Below, piece by piece: positions 29,726 through 40,489 of a stretch of 64,000 nt of DNA. How positions within the stretch are numbered: the first letter of the stretch is position 1; each line of letters begins with the position of its first letter. The notes under the pieces were generated by a model that saw only the letters and a program-made list of their open reading frames with translations, did no database searches and was not told where the DNA came from. A program made the position numbers and the translations under genes. The DNA is from Pecten maximus (Eukaryota): contig NC_047016.1 of assembly GCF_902652985.1 (NCBI RefSeq), positions 23,250,001-23,314,000 of the forward strand, in the 5' to 3' direction.

Positions 29726-32700
29726 TCAAGTCAAGATGAACATGATGTGTAACATCATGCTATGGAGGACACATTGCTAAAGATAATACTAATGAATTTA
29801 CAGAGTTTTTTCAATGTATTTACGTGGTTTGAGTTCATAAGATCTCTAAATTTTAATATGTTCGGCCTTGTATAATAATATTTATTTAGATATAATTTTC
29901 TATGCGCAGCTAATGACTGGCATTCTAGCAGATAATGGAATTCATCTCCTATTTGTTGACTATTACAAAAAGTACATATTCTTTCGTGGCGTTCAATATT
30001 ATTCCACCTTCCAGTTTCAATAATCAGTCTATGATTTGTAGTTCTGAACTTACAAAAAGTATTTCTTTCTTTATCTGTAAGAACGTCTAGATAGCATTCA
30101 AAACCAAATTTGTTTTTAAAAATTCTGTAACAACCAAACTTAGAAGAATTAAATACATCATTTTCCCACTGCTGTATAAACTGATCATGGAGTGTTTGTT
30201 TTACATATGACTTTATCCAAGAAGTATCTAATTCCTGGATATACTGGATATTCCACACATAGCTAATACCACATTCATCTAATAATTGTTGTATATAACG
30301 TATATAGGGAACATTATTATTACGGTATTGGTTTAGACATAACAGTTTATAAGTTATTACATTTAGTTTGTTTTCTTTTGAATTAATCAATTGAGACCAA
30401 TAGGTCAACATTCTCGTCTTAACTGAGATATTCAAAGGATAAGCTCCAAGTTCACCATAAACCATAGACGTTGGTGTACTTCGTTTGACCCCTAATAATA
30501 ACTTACAAAACTTTAAGTGCGCTCTCTCAATGACTTGTAGATTTGTAAAACCCCAAATCTCACATCCGTATAACAATATAGGTTTTACAATTTTATCATA
30601 CAGATCATATATACACTGAACAGATAAGTTATATAACCTTCCTTTCTTTAAAACATCATACATAGCAATTGTTGCTTTTTTAACATTGTAATTTTTAGCT
30701 TCATTAAAAGAACCTGTGCGTGAAAAAACAGTGCCCAGGTATGAAAAACTTTGGACAATTTCTATGTCTTCAGTATCAAATTTGAATTGTAATCTGTTAT
30801 TTAGACGACCTTTACTGAATATCATACATTTTGTTTTCTCACTGTTAACTTTCAGTCTCCATATTTTACAATATTCACTAAAAACATTTAGCTGCATTTG
30901 CAGGTCTTCTGGGGTGTCAGAAAATAAGATTGTATCGTCAGCATACAACAAAATAAATAGTTTAATATACATATGTAAATCAACTTCAAGTTGGTTTGTC
31001 AGGCACTGTAAACCGGTAACATTATTTCTAGTCATAAACTCCTCAAGGTCATTCAAATATAAACTAAATAAAAAAGGAGACAAGTTTTCCCCTTGCCTCA
31101 ATCCATTATTGCATGCGAAGAATGCAGAATTCTGACCATTAAATGATATGTTAGATTTAATACCTTGATACATATTGTAAATAATTGTATACATTTTGCC
31201 ATTTATATGATTTAACAACATTTTGTTCCACAGACCATTTCTCCAAACTTTGTCAAAGGCCTTTTCAAAATCAATGAAAATACAGTACAGCTTCTTTTTC
31301 ATCATATTAGTAAGACTAATTAGGGAATACAGCACAAAAATATTATCTATAGTTGAATACTTCTTGCGAAATCCAGCTTGGTTTTCACATATTAGATTAA
31401 CTTCGTCGGAATACTTTAATAGTCTTGCATTTAAAATACTTGTGAATAGTTTGCCGATGCAACTTACAATAGTAATCGGCCTATAATTTTTAGGGTCTGA
31501 GGGAGAACCCTTATTTTTATAAATAGGTACAATAGAGCCTCGAAGCCAGCTTTCAGGGATTTTCCCTGTGCTAAAAATAACATCAAATAATATAACATAG
31601 AGATCAATCATTTTAGAGGACGAATATTTAATATATTCATTAATGATGAGATCATCCGAGCAAGCCTTATTGTTTTTCAGTAGCTTAATAGCATGTTCCA
31701 CCTCCTCTCTGGTTATATTACTATTTAATACATTATTTACAGGACCCATATCAATATCATTATTATCAAACATGTTATCATCTACTCCAACATTTAAGGT
31801 TTTAAAGAAATTAAAAAGCGTGTCAATCGATATGTTACCTTTTTTGTTTTTATGTGTACTATTAGAACTTTTAAGTAGTTTCCAGTAATCCCGTGCATTA
31901 CTACTTTTCATATCTTTCAACTTACGACGGAGGTCTCTTCTGAATTTATTAATACTTTTATCCATTGTATGTTTGTAAGATTTTTCTGATTCTTTATATT
32001 TATTGAAGAAATAATCATTTTTGTGACGTCTGTACATACCTTTATGGCGTCGGAATAACTTCCTGGCCGCCTTACATTCACCGTCAAACCAGGGTTTAGA
32101 ATTTGATTTTGGCTTTTTACATATATTAGTATGGTTATATTTGTATATACCAAAAGTTGACTTAGCAGCACTTACAAGCACATCACTGCAGTCTGCCATA
32201 AGTGTATTGACATCTAGGTCGTTCGTATTACTGCATTGGTTAATTGTATCAATAATATTCTGAATTTTGTCATCGTTTATATTCTCAATAAAATGTTGGA
32301 TTTTCTCAGTCTCCCAGTTTTTAATACGTTCAGTATAATCTGTTGTATCATGTGTATTAATGTTATCATTGGTAACTGTATTGGCCATACCACCTATAGT
32401 AAGAGTTAGGGGACAATGTGCATCTGACATAAGAGGGCTAAAATCTAAAACATCAAAGTCACGTATGCGTTTTAGGAGCTCAGAGGAACATATGACATAA
32501 TCGACAACGCTAGAACTTTTACAGGTGCACTTACCTATATCTCTATCACGACCAACTCTACCATTACAGATAAAAATGTCATTATATTTACAAAAATCCA
32601 ATAGTCGATTCCCAAAATTATTTTTGTGTAAGTCCTGACTTTTTCTGTTCTTAGCAAAACCGGAATTTTCAAATACATTCATGTATGTAGCTTCATTTAG

Positions 32701-35700
32701 GATTTCAGTTGTTAATTGATCTCTATCGTCTATTTCATTGTAATCAATAAAATCTACAGAGCTCGCAGTTCTTGCATTAAAATCTCCTAACAAACACACA
32801 TTTTTGTAATTAGCTGATAACCTCAAGTATTCAGTTTCAATTTCCAAATATGGATCACCAATACAGTATGTAGAATTCTCGGGTGGGACATAAACCATTC
32901 CAAATAAAAAATCATCATCACTTTGTAACTTCGCGCCATCTAACCTAAACCAGCTTACGTATTGACTATCACTTTGTACTTCATAGACATAATCTTCCAA
33001 GTCATATTTATATGCTATAACTATACCACCCGACTTCACTTTTTTAAACTTTGCCCTATTTTTCATTACAGTTTTAAAACATGGCAAATCAATGACATCT
33101 AAATCATCAGTTTTGGATTCACAGAGACATAAAATATCAAAACTATTTACAAATTCACGAAACTCAGGATATTGAGCTTTTCTCACTAAGCCACAAACAT
33201 TTAACGACAGTATTTGTATTGTACATGCATTATAGTTACTTTTTCCACCACCACCATATGTATTAATCGGCTCGTTTGAAACCAAACTAGTGTCTATATT
33301 TTGCCCTCCGGCGCGTCCCTATTCGTGCTGATTTGAAATCACCCGTCTACGTTTCGAGCGCGGTTGTTGAGTGGGCGTATGCTGACTGGCCATGGGCTGA
33401 ACATCCGGGCCCTTATATAGTACACCATCTATGTACAGCTGATCTCTGTTCAACACAGTTTTTTTCCCGTTTTTCCTAGCTTCTTTCGCTACCGGATATA
33501 AAATTTTCCTTTTGTCTTCAATTTTCTTTGGAAACTGTTCGTTTATACCAAAATGTGACCCTTTTAGTTCTTTAGCACTCCGCTTGACTCTCAGTAAATC
33601 CTTGTAGTAAATAAACTTTGCTATGATTGATCTTGGCCGTGTACCGGTACGCCTGTCGCGTTGGCCGATTCTATGGACGTTGGCCATAGCAATGTCATGG
33701 GCGTTTACAATTTTGAGTTTACTTTCAATGAAATTTTTCAATGTTATTTCATCATCATCTAGACTCTGATTTTGGTCCCAAATTTTCTCTGGAATACCTG
33801 AAAATATCAGATTATACTTCATGCTCCTGCACTGTGCATCAGTAGCCCTATCTTTCATTTCCTCTATCATTTCGTGCAATTCATCAACTTCATCTAGGAC
33901 TTCATTTTCATTTTTTTCCAATTTGTCAATGCTTTTCTTCATGTTTGTAACGTTTCTGCCGACTGTATCATTTGCAGCCTTTACCCGATCCATGATATCA
34001 CTGTTACCCTGTATGTCACTTTCCATGTCCCTTATCTTATTTTTCATACAACTGATATCTGTTTCTGATCTTTCTACCCTCACAGTTAGGTTGCTGAGTT
34101 TTGTGTTAATCTCCTCGAGAGTGCTGGTATTTTCCTCAATTTTAGACAGTCTTGATTTCACTTCAGTAAACATTTCAAAAATAGAATTGATCGTGTTTTT
34201 CATTGTTGTGGTTTCAGTACTGACATCAGTTTCACTAAATAATGTTTCCCTACACTCTGCTAAAACTTTGGATGTAGACATACCTGTATTGTCCAGTGCA
34301 GCCATATTGGTGAGTTCAAGTCCTCAGAGTAAGATTTTCAAATCACAACAAAAGTTCATTTTCCCGGATAATTCCCGAATTTTTCCAGAATAATACCGAA
34401 CAGGATGCTAATCCAGCACTTACACAGCATTTTCAACAGTTTATAATGTTAATGACCCTACATTTTAGATAAAAACCAGCAAATTTCCTCTCCCAGATTT
34501 TTCATGTGTGTAGACACCTGGCTGAACACTACTCATGTCCTGAGTATGATGTAACAGCCTTACTATACGTTTAATGTAAACGACCTGAGTATGATGTAAC
34601 AGCCTTACTATACATTCAATGTAAACGACCCGGATATGATGTAACAGCCTTACTATACATTTAATGTAAACGACCTGAGTATGATGTAACATCCTTACTA
34701 TACATTCAATGTAAACGACCCGGATATGATGTAACAGCCTTACTATGCATTCAATGTAAACGACCCGAGTATGATGTAACATCCTTACTATACATTCAAT
34801 GTAAACGACCCGGATATGATGTAACATCCTTACTATACATGCAATGTAAATAACCCGGATATGATGTAACAGCCTTACTATACATTCAATGTAAACGACC
34901 CAGATATGATGTAACAGCCTTACTATACATTCAATGTAAACGACCCGGATATGATGTAACAGCCTTATTATACATTCAATGTAAACGACCTGGGTATGAT
35001 GTAACAGCCTTACTATACATTCAATGTAAACGACCCGGATATGATGTAACATCCTTAATATACATTCAATGTAAACGACCTGGGTATGATGTAACAGCCT
35101 TACTATACATTCAATGTAAACGACCTGAGTATGATGTAACATCCCTACTATACATTCAATGTAAACGACCCGGGTATGATGTAACAGCCTTACTATACAT
35201 TCAATGTAAACGACCCGGATATGATGTAACAGCCTTATTATACATTCAATGTAAACGACCTGGGTATGATGTAACAGCCTTACTATACATTCAATGTAAA
35301 CGACCCGGATATGATGTAACATCCTTAATATACATTCAATGTAAACGACCTGGGTATGATGTAACAGCCTTACTATACATTCAATGTAAACGACCTGAGT
35401 ATGATGTAACATCCCTACTATACATTCAATGTAAACGACCCGGGTATGATGTAACAGCCTTACTATACATTCAATGTAAACGACCCGGATATGATGTAAC
35501 AGCCCTACTATACATGCAATGTAAATAACCCGGATATGATGTAACAGCCTTACTATACATTCAATGTAAACGACCCAGATATGATGTAACAGCCTTACTA
35601 TACATTCAATGTAAACGACCCAGATATGATGTAACAGCCTTACTATACATTCAATGTAAACGACCCGGATATGATGTAACAGCCTTACTATACATGTTAA

Positions 35701-38700
35701 CGGCCCGGACATGTTTTTAACATTTATATGTAAAAAGTATTACATGGTTACCATTCATAAACACGATGCTTACATTTAGCCCAAAAGTTGTCTGGATGTT
35801 GCTCTCAAGTTATATAAATAGATTTTAAGTAATAAAGAGTGATCACGTACGGATTCAAGACATAACACTTGTTTAAATACAGTTTCCAGATAAAGAGATC
35901 CACGCGTTGGTAATTGACATGGGCGGAAGTACCTTCAATCTTACTATTCTACTCATTGAAGATGGAATATACGAAGTAGTCCATACAGCTGCGCATTCAG
36001 ATGTTTCCGGAAATAAATTTGACGAACGTTTGGCAGATTTTCTTATCAACGCACACGACAAGAAAAACAAGACTAACCTGCGGGATGATGCAAGAATCAT
36101 GCAACGCATGCGCACTGCATGCTGTAAGGCAAAAGAATGTCTTTCGTCGTCTTCATATACGAACATACTTATCGAAAACTTGCAAAATGACAAAGATTAC
36201 AAAACCAGCGTAACAAAACCAAAATTTGAAGAGTTGAATATGGACCTTTTCCACAATGCTGTTAAACTGGTCGATGGATCATTGAAGAATTCACACTTGA
36301 GTGAAGAAGATATTTATGTGGTGGTGATGGTTGGAGGCTCAACGAAAATACCAAAGTTAGTGGAAATGATGACCGACAGATTCCAAGGACGTGTGTTAGC
36401 GAGTAGCATTGACCCAGAGGATGTTGTTTCATTTGGCTGTGGTACGTGTCAGTTAGTCATCTTTAAAATAAAATAATTGCAAGTTTCAAAAGTTTTCAAC
36501 CAGATAGACCAAGCTACCGGTCAGCGTTTTGCTGCCTGTGAACTGATTTGTTCTTATTTTATATGAAGCTCATTATATTGAAGAGCTTATCAGAACAGGT
36601 AACAGATACATTGAAAAGCCCTTCAATTTCACCTATAATTATATTGACGATGGGCTATCTTTAGATAACAAAAACTATTGACCATGTCGACCGGATAAAC
36701 CCTGTAGAACTTCAATCCAAGGGCACTCCCGACTCCAACATCAGCAGCTTATCTCGAATTTTACTTACAACAGCATAAGTAACATAGGCATCTTACAGAT
36801 AAGCTGTATCATCAGCCTGATGATTTAAATTTTAAAATGAATATTTTCCATTTCTAGACAGTAACATCCCTACTTCCCATACCTACGGTGTTTACATGTC
36901 CTAGTTGATTCAATATATATAGGCTTGTTCCCATTATTACAATTTCCGTGACAGATGTCATCTACTACGAAGAGTAACAACACAGGGTTAGAAATACAGC
37001 TTGATGAAGACAAAGGGAAATATTTATGGTTGATATCATGATTTTATTTGTAAATATTATATTATCCTTACGCGATAAGAAGTCTGCCGTGTTTGGCGAT
37101 TATTGATATCCCTAATAATTTAATATTGTTACTTAACCCGGATTTGAACTTGACCTGTACTATTATGGCGGGTGTAGTCGATGAAGCAGAAGACGCTTAC
37201 TCTTCCGTAGTGCGCGGTCTTATTCTCCTTGTACTTTTTAAGGAGTCATCTCACAAATCTACATTTTTGTTCATATTTTGCATTCGTTTAATCTTTTTTG
37301 AGTTTGAATAATGTTTTTTTATTAAGTCGGATTTCTTTGTTTTATGAGTTGATCCGATAGTAAGGGGTGTAAGTGTGAATGCATCTAAACTCAAACGCTT
37401 TATTTTACATGTATCTTTGATAGTTGATTCCCATGTCATATATCATCGTGTTATTTCTTTGGACAGTTATGCAGGCGATGGTGCTGGCAGGAAATGTTTG
37501 TCCTGGACAGTTGACCGACCTCCTCTTGCTTGACGTAGAACCCTTGTCATTAGGTTTGGAAACTGCAGAAAATGTCATGACGGTTATGATACCTCGAAAC
37601 GCAACAGTGCCTTGTAAAAAATGTATGACATTTACAACTTATCATGACAACCAGGTCACAATGCTGTTCCGGTTGTTTGAAGGCGAACGATGTTTCGCCA
37701 CTGATAACAACGACCTCGGTATGTTTGAAATGACTGGGATTTGGGCTGAGCCTCAAGGTCGGGCACGGATCGACGTTACGTTCGATATTGATGCAAATGG
37801 CGTACTTACTATAACGACAGTAAACAGGTTTTCCAGGAAGACGCAGTCGTTTTCTTTGACGAATTTCAAATGTAAGTTTCATATTGTTATCTGGGCCTCA
37901 ATTTTATCATGCTATTCGGTTATTTTGTTTGTATCTATTTTAAAATATCAAGCATTTAATGTAGCTTTAGTTCTGTGTAAAGTTACACATTCCAGGTTTA
38001 TGTTATCTTATATCACATTGTTACATTATTTCATACAACATTGTAACATTAGTTTTATACCACTTTCTAACATTATCTTATACCACATCGTTGTATTATT
38101 TGTTTTTAATGTCTTTTTTTTTTTAACATAATTTTAGACATTATTGTTACATTTTTTCATACATCATTGTTATTTTAGTTTTAAATCACGTTGTTGCTTT
38201 AGTTTTTTATCACATTGTTACATTATCTTTTACCACATTGTTGCATTATTTGTTTTTAAAAGTCATCTTTTTACACAATTTCATACATCATTGTTACAAT
38301 ACTTAACGCAACATTTTTATCAGTTTTGAAGTCATTTGCATATACAGTATATGGTGGTACATTTGTAGAATACATATACAGTATATGGTGGTACATTTGT
38401 AGAATATATATACCGTATATGGTGGTACGTTTGTAGAATACATATACAGTATATGTTGGTACATTTGTAGAATACATATACAGTATATGGTGGTATGTTT
38501 GTAGAATACATATACAGTAAATGGTCGTACATTTGTATAATACATGGTGGTACATTTATAGAAAACATATACAGTATATGGTGGTACATTTGTAGAATAT
38601 ATATACCGTATATGGTGGTACGTTTGTAGAATACAAATACAGTATATGGTGGTACATTTGTAGAATACATATACAGTATATGGTGGTATGTTTGTAGAAT

Positions 38701-40489
38701 ACATATACAGTATATGGTGATACGTTTGTAGAATACATATACAGTATATGGTGGTACATTTGTAGAATACATATACAGTATATGGTGGTACGTTTGTAGA
38801 ATACATATACAGTAAATGGTCGTACATTTGTATAATACATGGTGGTACATTTGTAGAATACATATACAGTATATGGTGGTATATCTATATAATACATATA
38901 CAGTATATGGTGGTACATTTGTAGAATACATATACAGTATATGGTGGTACATTTGTAGAATATATATACAGTATATGGTCGTACATTTGTATAATACATG
39001 GTGGTACATTTTTAGAATACATATACAGTATATGGTGGTACATTTGTAGAATACATATAGAGTATATGGTGGTACATTTGTAAAATACATATACAGTTAA
39101 TGGTGGTACATTTGTAGAATACATACATGTATACAGCATATGGTGGTACATTGGTAGAAGACATATACATATACAGTATATGGTGGTACATTTGTAGAAT
39201 ACATATACAGTATATGGTAGTACATTTGTAGAATACATAAACAGTATATGGTGGTACATTTGTAGAATACATATACAGTATATGATAATTTTCATTATAG
39301 AACACAAAACAGTGTCAAATGGTACAGTATAGATGCATTTCAAGAAGTAGTGGATTGTAAGTTAAACTATAGAACTACTAATAAGTTATGATATAGTAGA
39401 CAATTATTGGTATAAGCTGACGATACTGCAATGATATGTTACAGGAAGGTGATTTTTAATATAAATAGTGACGAACAAGAGAAAAGTCAGCAATATTACA
39501 GAAGATTGATATTGTGGAGATTCATCTCCCTTTGACTTACACCCTATATTTTCTGCGTATAATTAAATCTATCACATGGAGCTCTACCATTGAATTAATT
39601 TATAACATGTAAATGTCAAGTAATGGATGAAAAAGGATTCGTTTTTTTTCTTTTAGTTGTTTTAAACCACATTCTTACGTTATTTTAAACCACATTCTTA
39701 CATTATTGTATACCACAGTTTTACATTTTTTTGCCACATATGTACATTATTTTATACCACATATGTACATTATTTTATACCACATATGTACATTATTTTA
39801 TACCACATATGTACATTATTATAAACCATATTTCTTACGTAGTTTATCTCCGCCCGTTTGGTTAAATCAAACTGTAAATTGTCGGATGGTTTTTCCTTTA
39901 GAGTTTGAAAATTCTATATTCACAAGGTCAAATTAATAGTTTGATAAAGCATTGCTTTATATTTATAGCTTATTACGACATGGATGAGCTCGAGGACATC
40001 ATTGAAACTGCAAACGATACACGAGAAAGTGATGAAAAGAAGATGTTAGTGCTAACGTCAAAACTGCTTCTATTAAGCTTCATAACCAACTTGGAGTCGG
40101 CTATGGAGGAGAGGGAAACGGATATAAATATTGATGTGAAAGAAACAGTAACGAAAAAATGTAGAGAAGTGAGAGACTGGATGGCAAATCAAGAATCTGT
40201 CGAACAAAGCATGTATGAAGAAAAGTTGTCCCTACTAGAGAATGAGATCTGTAGCCATAGAAACCTTAACCGTGACATAGTAACGCAGTGTAGAAATCAT
40301 CCGTTACACTTTATCAGTGGTCGAACTGTTAATAATGGCGCTACAAAATCCCAGGGGCTAGCCAAGGGGTGGGGCAAGGGGAGGGTCAAGGGGAGGACGA
40401 GGGGAAACGCCTCATCTACACCTGTCGTCAGTGTGCCCTCCACTCGGCCTGTTCCAGCCGTGGAGTTCCCAATAGAGGAGGTGGATTAA
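25383..40489 (+). CDS. Divergent cytosolic Hsp70 paralogue, 673 aa, 6 coding exons
   Basis: Exons 25383-25620, 28402-28547, 28735-28887, 35883-36441, 37467-37871, 39969-40489; all GT-AG, 2022 nt in frame. Motifs GLDIGDTT, INEATS, IDMGGSTFN, VMVGGSTKIP, DLLLLDV, FEGER, FDIDANG, IEEVD*. Confidence 0.88.
25897..28190. repeat. 30-bp tandem array (CCCGGGAATAAAGGTGTCATTAGAGTAATA and variant), split by an insert at 26843-27457
   Basis: Directly visible tandem units. Confidence 0.95.
26843..27457. mobile_element. Interspersed element with internal inverted repeats and a tRNA-like box (possibly Crypton-like non-autonomous)
   Basis: IR ATTCTACCATGT/ACATGGTAGAAT; long hairpin 27298-27435; TAGCCGAGTGG...GAGTTCGAATCC A/B-box-like at ~26999-27060; ends TATTTCTTAA. 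Confidence 0.55.
28402..28547 (+). CDS. Hsp70 paralogue coding exon 2
   Basis: ..LKVEENGKDVTFSPKDIL..KFGK; CAG acceptor, GTGAGT donor; not in the supplied ORF track. Confidence 0.8.
28735..28887 (+). CDS. Hsp70 paralogue coding exon 3
   Basis: VVAVPVDLSDAGRQAVKDA..LRVINEATSAC; 153 nt, as in HSC70. Confidence 0.88.
28915..29095 (-). mobile_element. Degraded SINE fragment (Meta/MESC-like central motif)
   Basis: TTAATTGCCTTTTACGACCAACATG resembles the reverse complement of the CATG..GTCGTAAGAGGCGACTAA motif. Confidence 0.35.
29755..33318 (-). CDS. LINE ORF2: APE endonuclease, reverse transcriptase, C-terminal CCHC-like domain
   Basis: LSLNVCGL, LCES, GDFNA, DY, SDAH (APE); NYRPITI, QAGFR, FIDFEKAFD, GLRQGENLSP, LLYADD, YLG (RT); CTFC..GDEFHYLLEC. 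Frame open from the ORF1 stop. Confidence 0.95.
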   Translation of the reverse strand, partial: GRAGGQNIDTSLVSNEPINTYGGGGKSNYNACTIQILSLNVCGLVRKAQYPEFREFVNSFDILCLCESKTDDLDVIDLPCFKTVMKNRAKFKKVKSGGIVIAYKYDLEDYVYEVQSDSQYVSWFRLDGAKLQSDDDFLFGMVYVPPENSTYCIGDPYLEIETEYLRLSANYKNVCLLGDFNARTASSVDFIDYNEIDDRDQLTTEILNEATYMNVFENSGFAKNRKSQDLHKNNFGNRLLDFCKYNDIFICNGRVGRDRDIGKCTCKSSSVVDYVICSSELLKRIRDFDVLDFSPLMSDAHCPLTLTIGGMANTVTNDNINTHDTTDYTERIKNWETEKIQHFIENINDDKIQNIIDTINQCSNTNDLDVNTLMADCSDVLVSAAKSTFGIYKYNHTNICKKPKSNSKPWFDGECKAARKLFRRHKGMYRRHKNDYFFNKYKESEKSYKHTMDKSINKFRRDLRRKLKDMKSSNARDYWKLLKSSNSTHKNKKGNISIDTLFNFFKTLNVGVDDNMFDNNDIDMGPVNNVLNSNITREEVEHAIKLLKNNKACSDDLIINEYIKYSSSKMIDLYVILFDVIFSTGKIPESWLRGSIVPIYKNKGSPSDPKNYRPITIVSCIGKLFTSILNARLLKYSDEVNLICENQAGFRKKYSTIDNIFVLYSLISLTNMMKKKLYCIFIDFEKAFDKVWRNGLWNKMLLNHINGKMYTIIYNMYQGIKSNISFNGQNSAFFACNNGLRQGENLSPFLFSLYLNDLEEFMTRNNVTGLQCLTNQLEVDLHMYIKLFILLYADDTILFSDTPEDLQMQLNVFSEYCKIWRLKVNSEKTKCMIFSKGRLNNRLQFKFDTEDIEIVQSFSYLGTVFSRTGSFNEAKNYNVKKATIAMYDVLKKGRLYNLSVQCIYDLYDKIVKPILLYGCEIWGFTNLQVIERAHLKFCKLLLGVKRSTPTSMVYGELGAYPLNISVKTRMLTYWSQLINSKENKLNVITYKLLCLNQYRNNNVPYIRYIQQLLDECGISYVWNIQYIQELDTSWIKSYVKQTLHDQFIQQWENDVFNSSKFGCYRIFKNKFGFECYLDVLTDKERNTFCKFRTTNHRLIIETGRWNNIERHERICTFCNSQQIGDEFHYLLECQSLAAHRKLYLNKYYYTRPNILKFRDLMNSNHVNTLKKLCKFISIIFSNVSSIA
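33319..34305 (-). CDS. LINE ORF1 (coiled coil plus L1-ORF1p-like RRM/CTD), 328 aa
   Basis: Heptad-rich N-terminal half; NLIFSGIPE, VHRIG, PRSIIAKF, INEQFP, LYIDG motifs; basic C-terminal RSKRRR. Confidence 0.9.
   Translation of the reverse strand: MAALDNTGMSTSKVLAECRETLFSETDVSTETTTMKNTINSIFEMFTEVKSRLSKIEENTSTLEEINTKLSNLTVRVERSETDISCMKNKIRDMESDIQGNSDIMDRVKAANDTVGRNVTNMKKSIDKLEKNENEVLDEVDELHEMIEEMKDRATDAQCRSMKYNLIFSGIPEKIWDQNQSLDDDEITLKNFIESKLKIVNAHDIAMANVHRIGQRDRRTGTRPRSIIAKFIYYKDLLRVKRSAKELKGSHFGINEQFPKKIEDKRKILYPVAKEARKNGKKTVLNRDQLYIDGVLYKGPDVQPMASQHTPTQQPRSKRRRVISNQHE
35883..36441 (+). CDS. Hsp70 paralogue coding exon 4
   Basis: IDMGGSTFN...VMVGGSTKIP...IDPEDVVSFGC; 559 nt. Confidence 0.9.
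36600..37300 (+). mobile_element. Degraded Penelope-like element RT C-terminal fragment
   Basis: Frameshifted KLY..DD.NF / FPFLDSNIPTS..YGVY.S motif followed by a GGCGGGTGT..GACGCTTACTCTTCC tail motif. Confidence 0.55.
37467..37871 (+). CDS. Hsp70 paralogue coding exon 5 (linker plus SBD-beta)
   Basis: DLLLLDVEPLSLGLETA...FDIDANG; 405 nt. Confidence 0.9.
38339..39283. repeat. 34-bp tandem array (TATACAGTATATGGTGGTACATTTGTAGAATACA)
   Basis: Visible tandem units in the last intron of the paralogue. Confidence 0.95.
39660..39840. repeat. ~24-bp minisatellite (TTATACCACATATGTACATTATTT)
   Basis: About 7 degenerate units. Confidence 0.75.
39969..40489 (+). CDS. Hsp70 paralogue terminal exon (lid plus IEEVD)
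   Basis: ..KKCREVRDWM..LENEIC..FPIEEVD*; TAG acceptor at 39968. Confidence 0.85.

Larger units (their letters stand above)
29489..34538 (-). mobile_element. Full-length RTEX-like non-LTR retrotransposon (~5.05 kb)
   Basis: Two intact ORFs; 3' AATAAA plus (ATTGA)n tail; 26-bp TSD CCTGAGTATGATGTAACAGCCTTACT (29463-88, 34539-64). Clade assignment inferred from ORF2 motifs and tail type. Confidence 0.92.
29092..35696. repeat. 45-bp tandem array (AAACGACCCGGATATGATGTAACAGCCTTACTATACATTCAATGT), interrupted by a LINE at 29489-34538
   Basis: Units at 29092-29488 and 34539-35696. Confidence 0.95.
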
